DNA of 64,000 bases from Parasitella parasitica NRRL 2501 (Eukaryota > Fungi > Mucoromycota). Location: positions 186,001 to 250,000 of the forward strand of contig MU619252.1 in the NCBI GenBank assembly GCA_025201805.1. The letters run 5' to 3'. Position 1 is the stretch's first letter; each line of letters opens with the position of its first letter. The position numbers and the translations under genes were made by a program. The notes under the pieces are model-generated. The model did not search any database. It saw nothing but the letters and a program-made list of their open reading frames with translations, and had not been told where the DNA came from. Shown here one piece after another: positions 1-12,318 of this stretch.

Positions 1-691
1 CTTGTTGTTCACCACCTCCAGCCAACCGGATGGTGCAGCTTTTAACGGTAGCTTTAGGCGACTTTGTTCTAAGCGCGTAGCTTTTGACTTAAGTTAAAAG
101 TTGCGTGTTAGAGAAAGGGCATTCTGAACAGGTCAGTACTCGGGCAAAAACGATTTGGAGCAGGCGATACAGTCTATGTCAGTCTATCCCACTGCTTGTT
201 GTTCACCACCTCCAGCCAACCGGATGGTGCAGCTTTTAACGGTAGCTTTAGGCGACTTTGTTCTAAGCGCGTAGCTTTTGCTTTTTGTCAAAAGTTGCGT
301 GTTAGAGAAAGGGCATTCTGAACGGGTCAGTATCGAACCACTTTATGGCAAATGACAATATCAAGAAGGTAAAAACAGAGTCAAACACGTATACTATGCT
401 ATCCTGTTACTAATGGTTTTTTTTTAACTCTTGATCCATATATATACCAATATCTACGTTTAGGCAATACTGGTATCCCAAGTACAGTCTATGTCAGTCT
501 ACCCCACTGCTTGTTGTTCACCACCTCCAGCCAACCGGATGGTGCAGCTTTTAACGGTAGCTTCAGGCGACTTTGTTCTAAGCGCGTAGCTTTTGCTTTT
601 TGTCAAAAGTTGCGTGTTAGAGAAAGGGCATTCTGAACGGGTCAGTACGCGGGCAAAAATCATTTGGGGCAGGCGATACAGTCTATGTCAG
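1..691 (+). repeat. Array of a 161-bp TA-flanked structured unit (copy 1 partial 1-136, copy 2 170-330, copy 3 485-645, 13-bp left-end fragment 679-691) separated by 29-, 150- and 29-nt spacers
   Basis: Direct alignment by eye. Complete units begin TA|CAGTCTATGTCAG and all end GGTCAG|TA. Copies 2 and 3 differ at 2 positions. A 17-bp hairpin at 72-88/93-109 has five G-U pairs and no mismatches on the + strand. Confidence 0.92.
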
Positions 692-1479
692 CCTGTTCAC
701 TATAGAAAATATGTATTGCAATGATAAATAAATTTTTATGAACATTTCCCCTCACTATTGCTGCAATAATTTTTTTGAATATGGGTCAACGTGCTCGAAA
801 ATAAACAAGCCGGCGAATGGGGATCTCTTGAGTTAAAAAAAATGTCTTTTACAAACAGGCAACTGGCAACTGATGGAGTACAGTCAACTTTACAATACGT
901 CATACACAGTACGATGAGATCGAGATATAATTACATTAAAACATTTTATGGTGATATGTGTGGGAGAACACTGCTACAACCTGTTGCTGTCAAAAATTGC
1001 TGTAAAAGGAATGTCTGATTTACTTTAAGGTGTATTGATGCATACATTGCTCATGGTGCCAAACTGGGACTTCATGATTTTTTTTTTTTTTTTGCGAATT
1101 TACAAGACGTTAATTTGCGATTTTATTCATTCAAACTGTGTTTTTTGTTTCTTTTCTATTCTCATTATGAAGATTATTATTACAACTATGCAATTTTCAT
1201 TTGTGTTTGTCAGCGTGAGCAAATCTTCAATTATCTACAGTCCCAGCTTTAATTTTTCAAGTGTAACAATCAGCAAATTATGAAAGTCATTTGCATGTTT
1301 TGTGTTCCTGAAATAACATGCATGAAGTTTTGACATTATTAAGGTTTCAAGTGCATTCTCGGTCAATCCCAGTCTGCTAATCTTTAAATCCTTTCGTTTA
1401 ATGCTTCTCGTTATCTGAAAATCAACAGCTTCGCTGGTTATAGCCCTGTTAAAAATTTTCTCGTCAACTAATAAGTCCG

Positions 1480-2630
1480 TTATAATTCGTCATTGGATAC
1501 ACTTTCTTCACTATCAGATATCCTCGTCGGGTATTCCAAGTACTTGGCTAACGAATAATTTACGTCTAATTTATCAATTTACTAAACTACGTCCCTCCAT
1601 TCTGAAAATATTATAGAGAGTATTTCATCTTCTGTTTACTAGTATGGATCGTCGTCCGCCTCAATTCGCGAATGTCGGCCGATACTTGCTTACAATCCAT
1701 TTTTCTACCGAACGATGCTCTCTCCTTAATCTAGAAATCTGCTCAAATCACCCAGTTTATGTCTTTACATCTATAGAGAATCTTCACTTCGTATTCGTTC
1801 TCGCACTCCACCGAAATAAGTCGATTCCTCACTTTGAATTGATCCTATTTGAAGCAAGTTAAACAGGGCCATATCATTTTTCAGCCTTTCTTTGTCCGTG
1901 CTTTTATTCCTCCTCATATGCCTCTTTAGGTTCTCACCCTTTCAGTCCTGTTCTTCACCATCGTATAAATTCCTTTCCTTTTCTTCTTGTTTCGAGATTC
2001 TCCCTAGTGGTTACTAGAACATATCCTTTCCTACATTTTAAACAACATCGTCGCCTTTGACCTCCCCTTTTATCATCATCCATTTCTCCTTTATCCTCGT
2101 TATCATGGCTTGAATTCTGGTTCATTTGATTGCTACTTGGGGCTTGTAATGTTTATCTACGCGTAATTCATGCAAAAAGTCTACCTCGAACACTGTTATA
2201 CCGCTTGATCTCTTCTTATTTCACGGAGGATATGTACTTGTCTTCAGCAGAAGACGCCTTGAACTATTTCACATTTCTATGCCTTTCTAAACTTGCTGTA
2301 GGGTCTAATATATGGTTTTCTCACTTTTTTTCCCGTTCACCACAGATAGCTAGTCTGAAGCTTTATACAAGATCATCCTTCCCTCGACACTACCTGGTTC
2401 CATCCCAGATGATTCTGGACTTATCATTGGCTCTACTCTCTTGGTAAGGTGGAGATCTCATTGAGTCTGCGTCTTTTAAAATACTCCATTTTGAGCGAGT
2501 TCTACTATTCCGTCCTCTCTTACCTTCCTTATACGACCTATCAATGAATTACTATATCAGCAACAAGTTTCTCCGTTTCCATTAGCCTTTGGTTATTTCC
2601 CCTCTGTCAATAATCATCCCCAAAACATAA
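1480..2630 (-). mobile_element. Degenerate retroelement-like (gag-like) remnant
   Basis: Strongly A/G-rich minus strand with many stops and frameshifts, Lys/Glu/Arg-rich peptide fragments, and a possible decayed zinc knuckle (RRCCLKCRKG near 2025-2055). No intact domain. Confidence 0.25.
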
Positions 2631-3041
2631 ACATAAACTAACCCACGTTTGTACATATGTAGTACTTTGTTCAAAACAAAATAGCTAAACCGAATCCCTA
2701 GCGATACGAATTTTCTGTCACGTAATAAACTCTGAGCATAATTTTCTGATCAGAAAAAAAAAAGGTATTTTCCCTATAAATCTAACCCAGTATCTTTTAT
2801 ATTATTATCTGTATAGTAGTTCCTTGGTTAATTATTTTGGTGCTATCATTTTATACTTATTTAGCTCTATCCCTCCAATATATAGATATTTGTGATATCA
2901 TGTGTGAATAAAAACTCATATATTTATAGCTTAAAATTTTTTTTTTTTCGTGTTTGATTGCATTAACGTCAAATACTTGGCGTTTTCTGTCAAAAAAAAA
3001 AAAGGGAAAAATCAAAGTAAACCTTTTTCCCGTTGTCCATT

Positions 3042-4945
3042 ATGCCAAAACAACCAACTAAGCCGTGTCTGAAAAAGCTGAAAGGCTCGCTTGAGATCAA
3101 ACCAGAACAGCGACAAGAGTTCGATATTCCTGCAGGTTTACTTAACAATTGTGTCAAAGACTGGCCCAATGTTAAAAAAGTTGTTGATGCTTATCTCAAT
3201 GACACAACCGAAACCAAAGAAGACTCTCCCATTGACTTTTACAACTTGCTGATTGAAACACTTGAAAAAATTAAAGCTGGAACTATTGACGACAATGTAC
3301 TTCTATCAGATTATTGCAAACGCCTGATCGTATTTTTCAAACACGAGCAAATAAGCAAGAAAATGAAGCAATATTACCTACATCAATTTACAATTTATCG
3401 CATAAATATGAACCAAAGAGCTCTTACATTACAATCCAGAAATGCAGCCCTAGTTGCAACTAGAGAAGAAAGTTTATATTTAGAAGATGAAATGATAGCT
3501 CGCATTGAAAACCGAGGTTTGCTTTGGAACTTACAGAACTCAATACTTCTAAACTGACTACAATATTTATTTTAGGTAAAAAGAGACAATACAAAGAGAC
3601 TGAAGCAGCAGATGAAGAAAATAGCCAAAAAGAATATGGATGTATAGTTGAAGAAACCAGCATGATCTTGGATGAAAGCTTTGATAGTGTAAAAAAGCAT
3701 CCTAATGTTAGAAGTTATTACAATTATTTCGTTGGGGATCAAAAACAAGGATGGACATTAGAAGGTCAAAACCATTGGATTACAAAGGACGGCTTCAATG
3801 TATCTCAAATACTATTCCAATACAGACTAGAATCTTATCGAGCCGCCAAAATGATGTTAGATTTATCTGATGAAAGAGTATTGTCACTCTCATTTATTTT
3901 TCTTATAAACGAAAAAGATAGTAATGAAGGCTTTATAAATTTAATCAAAGAAGAAGAAGAAGATATTAGGACCTCTTTGCCAACTGTTTCAAGATTACCA
4001 ACAAATGAACAAGGAATGATGATGGCCTACAAAATTGATGAGTGTAACGGGGACCAGCAACAAGTCAAAAGATGTCTCGCTCTCTTACACGTTCAACATT
4101 GGAATCCCGAAGAAGAAGCAACAGTTTATTTCGATATTCTCAACGCTTTCAGTAAACAAGTAAAAAGAATCAATGAAACACACACCGAGCAAGATTATGA
4201 CTTATACGAAATATTTACCAAAGAGGTTTTTAATCATGAAAAGTATACCCAACACAAAATCTCCAAGCATCTTTCTAGCTCGAAAGAGTATGTCCCTGAT
4301 TATAAGCTCGCATACCTGTATAAAGAAAAGCAAACGAAGGACCTATTCATAATCGAAATCAAGAAGAAAGAAAAGCTATTCACACCAAATGACAGCGATA
4401 AGATTAAGATTAACTTGGAGATGCAAGTCATGTTGAATGATTTAATTAAAATGAATATTGATGAACCCGTGGTTTATGGCTTGACAATACAAGGTAAAAT
4501 GCATAAATCACTATAAACGTTCATCCGCTTGAATATAGTGTATTTACTGATCCATTCAATTCTGACTTGTCTTTTTATAGATCATAGTTGTTATCTTTAT
4601 GAAATGAAACTTGAATATAACTGCCAGTATATTTCTAGAGTTATTCAAAAGTTTTATTTGCCAAGAGACTTATCAGACGTATGCCTTGTACCTCGTGTTA
4701 CATCCATTTTTTTAACAGTAAAGGTATTAAGTAAACAGCGCTTTTTTATACCACTGTATATGGTACTCATTTTTTTTTTAACTCAGAGCTTGGTAGACCA
4801 GGTGATAATTAAGATCAATCAAAAGAAAAAAGGCGTATCTCCTTTGAACCCTTACACCAGGGAAGGTATGAAAATGCCTGTTGCTATTAAGGATCCTGTG
4901 TCTTACATGATAAACAATCAATCTGATGATTTGGTGCCTCCTTAA
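3042..4945 (+). CDS. PD-(D/E)XK restriction-endonuclease-fold protein (Mucorales-expanded family, CR-REase-like), 4 exons
   Basis: GT-AG introns 3517-3575, 4494-4580 and 4724-4786 join the ORFs 3033/3524/4529 in frame. Motif VPDY...LFIIEIKK...SDKIKINLEMQVMLNDL...VVYGLTIQD...YEMKL. Confidence 0.7.
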
Positions 4946-5928
4946 ATTTTTTATACCCGTATTTTATTACCTGCATTAAAATCTGTATTGAAACTATTTT
5001 TTTTTTACCCAATATTATCACCGATAATAAATTTATATAACCACTCGCGATTTGTACATTCTGTACCACTGTTATTCAAGTTGTCATATTACAACCTCAG
5101 TTTGATATATTGATATGATAGACAACTGATGTCTTGAAGCTCATCTGGTTTTTAAAGGTTCCTTCTTGCTTGAAAAATTCTTCTTTTCAAAGAAAACGAT
5201 TGCAATAGCGCGCATTGATGCCATGCAGGTATAGTAACGGAAAATCAGACTATTAGACTGTAACCACATTCTTTACTCTTTATTAATAAATGATGAATCT
5301 GATCAGGAAGAGCACCGTTAATCAAGACAATAATAAAATCAAACCCTAGCATTGCTCAATTCCTATAATTAGTACAGACTGTGAATGCTGGTGACTACGG
5401 CGTGTATCTCCGCATAAGTTTGAAAGCATTGAGTGAGAGTATTATTATTTTGAATTAATGCTTGAAATTTTTTTCAAAAAGTGCGTGAATAATTTCGAAA
5501 CACCTTGTATTTCTACCGTAGTTGGAACAAGAAGAATTAAATACAATCACATTTATATTTCTATTTTAGATTAAAAATAACCAAGAATAGTGAACATTTT
5601 ATAATGATATGCGACGCTCTAATTATTTTATTTTTGATCAAATAGTCATTGTGCATAGGTATTTAAACAAAAAAACATGTTTAAATTACAAAACCATAGA
5701 GTATGAAAGTATCAAACTGCTTATATTAATAAGGCATCAAGTTTTACGTATCTGTTCAACTATGCATTTGCACAATAGCAGTTTATCTTTGAATCAAAGT
5801 TTAAACTAACTATATCATTCTGTTTTCTCATTTAATTATACGTCTTTCCAAAAATCATAGCATATTTAGTCAAATGACAATCATTTTATGTAACATCTGT
5901 TAATTCGGCATATCCAATATCAAGGAAA

Positions 5929-5955
5929 TACAGCGGGGACCGGTTATAACGGACG
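5929..5955 (+). mobile_element. Possible solo Tc1/pogo-type terminal inverted repeat
   Basis: TA|CAGCGGGGACCGGTTATAACGGACG resembles pogo/Tigger TIR style (CAG...TATAACG). No partner end was found. Confidence 0.25.
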
Positions 5956-8882
5956 AGTTGGTGTACAAAAATATGCTTGGATAGGAAGTTGCCCCCTATT
6001 TAAAATTGGATACTCTACAGTACAGCGCCTGGTACCAGGAATCTACCGGAAGCTTATTATAAAGCTTAACTTTTGTTAGTAAAATTGCCCTCAACCTCAA
6101 TCCTAACCTCTACTTTACTTTCTATTTTACATGCTTAGCACTAGAATCACAAAAAAAGGAACTCTTCAGTTAACATTAAGCTTTATTATAAGCAACAATG
6201 GTAATAAAGCTTCTCTGTCACTAGCAATTAGCAACTTATGAATTATTTACAAATAACTAGGAGTTACTACGGGAAAAAATTGTGTTCATCAATTACCCTC
6301 TTCTGCTTCCAACTCTATGAGCCACACCTGGTTTATCATATTACTATGAATAAAGTTATACTTGTGGCTTCAAAAATACTTACTTTATAGAGCTGTAGAA
6401 TTGATATTGACGTGATATCACCTCCAGAAAGATATTTTTACAGCTTAAAAGCAAAAAAATTAGCTTTGTGAGCCATATTTTGATTAATTTTTATAATCAA
6501 AAGTGCCCTGGAAACACGAAAAATAGTATCCATTGGTAAAAAACTATATTATATATGTTTTTGGTGCAATTTGAGCATGATTTTTTTTTTCGATGCAAAA
6601 TGACGGATTTTTTCGATTTTTTCCTTGTATCCACACATCCAAAATCGTTAATTATGCATTATCCTCAATTTTGACCTTAAAAATGCAATTTTTTACTACA
6701 GTATATATTAGGGGAAAATGATCGTAAAAGGTCATTCTTTGATCTGAAGGACTGGAAATGCGCTTTAATTAAGCAAAATATTGACTTTTCCCTCTTGATC
6801 TGTTTTGAGGTTTTCTCAAAATAATTCCTTCCATAAGCAGACGAGAATTATGAAATAACACCATCGTGTAGAGCGTCCAAAAATGCAGCTATTATCATAG
6901 ACTGACAGCCGTGGTATGCATAGTATCAGAGAATGATATCTTGCCCTAAAAAAGTAATTTTGTTCTCTAAATGTACAAATGGAGTTTTTTGAAAGAATTT
7001 TTCCTTCCTGATTTTGGACTCGTTTAATCGCCGCTATCAAAGAAAAATGGTGTTTTTTTAACGAAAGCATTAGCTTTGAGAAGCCATAGCTTACTCAATT
7101 CAAGAGAAAAACAATTAAAAATTAGTGTATATAAATGATGTACTTCTTGGCTTTTTAATGGTAGTACTTGCATGTCTGTGCCTGGCCTGACGATCTCACG
7201 CTCCGATTTTGAAGAGTAATTTTCCGAAAAAAGTTAGAAAAGTCGCTATCTTTATCTGATGTCAACTTAAAAAGTACAAAAACTTGCTCTAAGCTACGCA
7301 AATATGTAATCGAAAGGAGGCTTATAGTCTAATAAATTACTTTGAATTACTTATTTTTCTGTTTGAGAACACTAAACATTGTTTTCTTACAGTTTTTGTC
7401 TTTTTTCTGACAATAGCACACTAAAATTCGTGTAGACCAAAAAAAACATCAAGCGCCTAAAACCTGCGATGGCTTTGCAAAGACACACACTTTTACACCA
7501 TTCCAATATTATAGAAAAGATGGCACAGGTTTGGCTAGCTGTTCTACTGTGCAATTGGATATAGAGAACCTAGCTTGGCATATGCCTGACAAGACCTTCT
7601 AGACTAGAAGACAAATCAACTGAGCGTATAAGAAAATGCCAGAAAAAATAAGACAATCTGCCACCAGGATAACACACTCTTTCATTAAAAAATGATCTGT
7701 TTAGAAATTTATAAAACCGCAAGGATATAAATAAGAGTTATCTTCAACCTTGCTCTCCGTTCCTAAATCCAATTAAAGGTTTTTGACCCAAAGTCAACAG
7801 ACACACTTAGACCCTGAATCACAGATGTTTGCTAATAGACATTCGTAACCTTTTCTAAAGACTACCTTGGACATAAAGATACGACACATTCTCTTTGTAT
7901 TTGCACTATGAATGAAACAAAGCAATTATTCTTTTTCTCTAAATATGAAGATCCCCACTTGAAATTTTTTCAAGGAGACATTGCTCTTTTCTCAGAAACT
8001 TGTTAGCTTTTATCAGAAATAAAAGGTTTTTTTTTTTTTTTTACCAGAAACTTTAATATTTATTATCACAATCGCCATGACCTTTATCATTTACTTGAAC
8101 TTTTTATTCAGAAACTGTAAAATGACAGTAGTGGCAAAACGGTACCAGTGTTTATGGTGACTACTTCTACAGATGGCAGTAATAACGCAGGGATACGCAA
8201 CTTTTTGTTCTTTCACTGTTTGCCCATCAACAACCCACATTTCATTCATATCCCTTCCAAATAACCATCCCTGTATCCTTTCTGGAGCTCTTCCTCCCTT
8301 TTGGTCTCGTTGAAGATAAAAATCGCGTCGAGGATTTAACCGAGTCCCTGCTCTGTGTATCCAGAGATTGGAACATTTATGAAGGATTACCCAAAAGAAC
8401 GGAAATCAGAGAGAATTGGCAAGGGAGATAGAGCAGCAGCAGGCGTTTTGAGTTGTATTCAAAGGTGATAGAAATAGGGTTGATGTGCGTGTACATTGTA
8501 TTTCGAAGAAGTAGTAACCCAATGTTGCAAAGAACGTGTATTTTTCTGCTTCCTTTGCTAATGAAGACAAATCCACGTAAAGGCTTGAATAGATAAATGT
8601 AAGCCATGTTCATGTAGTTTTCAATCTGAAGCCCTTTTCACAAGGAGGATGGAAGCAGAAGACTACACTTTTTGTAATACAATCGTGTGTTTCTATTCTT
8701 TGTATACAACAATATAACAGATGATGACTGATATATAAAAGGCGAATATGATTCCATGCACTTTTGCGTGAAAATTGAATTCAAAGCAAGGTTTAATATA
8801 TACTTTCTGATGTTGACATGCGGCTTTATTGTAATTGTAGAATACAAATATATATATGTATATATATATTATTAGATAGGTA

Positions 8883-10841
8883 TCATGCTTGGACGTTTGA
8901 AATAAACTCGCTTCTTTTCACTCGACCTTTTCTCAGATGTCTGATAAATCGTCGGATCTCTCTTCTTGTCATAAAAGGCTTGGCATCCTCATCGTCCGAG
9001 CTTATTACAATGACAGGGTCTGCGTCTAGTTCAGGATCGTCTACCTGAGAAGGTTTGGGAACAAGTTTGATTTCCAAAGATACGTCCGACTCGATGCTGC
9101 AAGTCTGATCCCCAGTGACAATACCTTCAATACTATGCTGTTTGTCTTGGCGAAGAGATGCTTCGACTCCATTTGTAACATCATTTAAAGGCTGTACTGA
9201 TGCTGGACATGATCGGGGTTGTGAGTTAGACTTTTGCTGGTTTGCATTTCTGCTACCGTTTACAGATATGGACGCACAGTAGGATCTGTTTCCTTCTGTT
9301 ATTGAGCTCGACTTGGACTTTGGTGCAATTGGCAAGGATCCACCACCGCCACCACTGGATACTGATGCCTTTGTTGTCCCATTAATTGGAGAACGTGTTG
9401 CCCAAGTTCCACTACTGCCGCTTCGAGATTGACTATAACTCTCTGGGTCCGGCAACGTTTCCGAGTAGATCTTTATATAACCGCTGCCACCCGAAAAAGC
9501 CCTTTTTTTATGAGCAGAAGACCCACTAGACGATGAGATATCCGATGAATGATTTTTTTCACCTATGGGATATCCTGCTTCTTGCATGACTTTCCTCATT
9601 CTATCCATGCCTGGGTATTTATCACGGGCTACACATGCTGTAAATGTTTTAGCATTGACGTATCTTGCAAACTCAATAATCTCCGTGCATGATGAATGGA
9701 AAGAAAATGGAAGGATCTATGGAAAACAGACGATATAAGCGACAAAGTGTAATACAAGGCGTGATATTCATATTTAATACATGTCTGGTTTGGGGTTTGC
9801 AGTCGTATTTCAAATCTGATTGTAGCAACTGATTTGATGTGTCTGAATAAATATAGACCCTAGGTTGGTCGTCCACCGTCGGTTTGAAATGGATTGAAAT
9901 CAGACCATGCTCGTGCTGCTGGCAATCTTGCTCCCAGTCGCAGGAATGAAAACGAGTTTCTAGGGGGTTGGTGGTCAAGTAGTCTTTGTATATTGGATTT
10001 GCTGCTACAAACGTGTCGTATTTGAGCTTTGAAACGTGCACTTTCTGATTAAATGAATCTGCAACATGGGCCCAGCACTCTTCATACCCAAAAGTCCAGC
10101 AGTCGATATAAATGTGATGGTGCTCTTCTTGGCTTCTGATTAGATTAACAAGTAGTTCGATGGATCTCCTCTGAGGACGGATATGTAAGCCATAAATTCA
10201 CCCAATACTGCGTGAAATTACCTTGGAGATGAATTTGTCTTGAGTTTCCCTTAAACATGTTGTGTCCATATATAAATTTTGGATACGTCGTCGTTTCAAG
10301 ATTTGTAAATTTCGTTCAAAAAAGTCTGGCTCTGCTCGTGTATCGCCAGTGTATAAAACACTTCCATTTTTACCTTCGATCAAAATCCTAAACAAAAGGA
10401 ATGAGTCGGTTAGCTTTGAACAGAGCTAGAGCTAGAAACTCTCACATTGCTGAGCCAACGCAGTGATTTGCAGGGAGAAACTGAAATGATATAATGCCAT
10501 ACTCGGGTGTATCCAGTTTGACAATTTCTCTATATTTTACAGGGATCAAAAAATTCTGCAAATGTCTGTATTTTGGTTGTTTGTTGTGTCGAACTGCAAT
10601 ATACGGTATGATACGTGCTGATTCGACTGTACAATATATTCTCTTGCTGAATTTGCAGTCTTCTAATCCTCGCATATGGTCTATTTCAAACTTTATCAGT
10701 TCCATGTTTGCAAATATGCCACATACTATTCATACCAGAATGAACATGGCTCAAAATAAAGTATTTTGCAAAAGTGTTTTGTATAAAGTTGTCAATGGCA
10801 AAAATAGGATATTCTCTAATGCGACCGTCAAAGGTGCTCAT
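8883..10841 (-). CDS. DCLRE1C: Artemis (SNM1C) metallo-beta-lactamase/beta-CASP nuclease, multi-exon
   Basis: The spliced N-terminus MSTFDGRIREYPIFAIDNF...LSHVHSDHMRGL matches Artemis. Also ANHCVGSAM, LYTGDTR, LYMDTT, FGYE and FSFHSS motifs, then a low-complexity C-tail. Confidence 0.9.
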
Positions 10842-10991
10842 TTTTCTTTATAATTAATTAGGTTGATATGTAGGTGGTAATAAATAAGACATATATACGT
10901 ATTAGGAAAGAGAAAATGTTGGCCTTCTGTTTTCATATCAGCGACGTTGTTGTACCGTATAAAAAAGCAGGGAGTGCAAGTGGTCACTGTT

Positions 10992-12318
10992 CTACTTTTG
11001 TCGCCAGCGTTCTGCAATACCTCGAATTGTCCATTCCATGACGCCTTCTTTCCACACTAGGTCATGGCCTTCACTTTCTAGTATTTTTAGTCGAACATCA
11101 CGCAGACTATTAGCCAAAATATCAATTGCCTTGGGAGGAATCAGGCCATCTTTATCACCCCAGACAGCAGAAACTGGAATCTTTATATCGGCATAGTTGA
11201 ACCCAAAACGATGATATTTCTCCAAGGCAACCATTACATCGCACAACTGGCCTTGACAGTAGTTCTCTGACATTCTATATTTATTCATCGCCAAGAAAAG
11301 AGACATGTGTTTAGGCCGAACAAAATGTCGCAAAGGCCTATTCGTTGGAAAATCAGTAGGTAGATCAAAAATCTCGTCTTCCAATGATGCCAATAGCTCG
11401 TCCTCTTCTACAGCTGCCATAGCATGTCCTGACCTTTCTCTTGGCTGGGTACTGTGTTCTAACGTATCAGAATCTTCTTTAGATGGCGGCGATCTATCGT
11501 CATTTCCTCCCTTATTAAACATCCATATCACATCGAGCGCCAGAGATATCGTTTTCGCAACCAAAGGAGCAGGCAGCCGCCGGGTCCATTTAAATGTATT
11601 AGCTGCCTGAGCAGATACCCAAGGAGATATTAGATAGATAGGCCCCAACACATATTTGGGATATTTACGAGCAATCGCTAGTGCAAATACTGTGCCAACA
11701 GATTGTGCAATGATACAGAATTGTTGAATATGCAAATTGTCAGCCAGTTGTACGACTACATCTGCCCATTCAAGTGCTGTAATTTCATGTGATTCGCACT
11801 CCTCGCTTAGGCCATACCTACCAAAAACCTTCCCTTCTTAGTACTTTTTGATCCACAGTCAAATCACCCAACTCGTCAATTTACATTGCTTACCCTGGAC
11901 GCTCGGGCCAAATCATCCTGAGGCCATATCTATATGCCAAACCTTCAAACATAATGCCCACCATTCTAGTACATCCATAACCACCAATGACAAATACGGG
12001 GTGTCCATAAAGTGGCCCGTACACAGCATACCCTACAGTGTGAGAGCGAAGACGCCCATTGGACTTTGCAACGTATTGGAATGTTTGATGTAGCCGCGGT
12101 TCAGTCAGTACATTTACTCGAGGTACCTTTGCACTTGTGGATGTCTTTGTGTTGGCTGCAAAGGATGCTTTCGGTCGGGCTGTAACGAGAGGTGATAAAA
12201 TTGATTGCTGTTGTTTAGGTAAGGGAGGCAAAGGTGCTATTTGTTGTCTAGCGGCTTTATTAGAAATTATAGGTGTGGATTTGGAACCTTGTAATAGAAA
12301 TAGAGGCCCTTCATCCAT
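10992..12318 (-). CDS. Alpha/beta hydrolase fold protein
   Basis: IWPERPG/YG motif, nucleophile elbow AQSVG, VWGDKDGLIP acid motif and EGHD catalytic His. One intron near 11818-11891. Confidence 0.82.

Noticed and set aside
1-691. Bacterial CRISPR array, hammerhead/HDV/hairpin ribozyme or group I intron core
   Set aside because: Repeats are far longer than CRISPR repeats and there are no cas genes. No CUGANGA/GAAA hammerhead core, HDV nested pseudoknot or hairpin-ribozyme loop B was found. The GACT/AGTC P7-like pairing is incomplete and lacks the other group I elements.
1476-1490. 11-bp reverse-complement match to the TIR-like sequence at 5931-5955
   Set aside because: Too short and in the wrong (outward-facing) orientation to delimit an element.
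3500-3580. Apparent frameshift between ORFs 3033 and 3524
   Set aside because: Explained by a canonical 59-nt intron (3517-3575) with a CTGAC branch point.
8100-8640. Coding-like minus-strand stretch downstream of Artemis
   Set aside because: All frames are interrupted and no family is recognisable.
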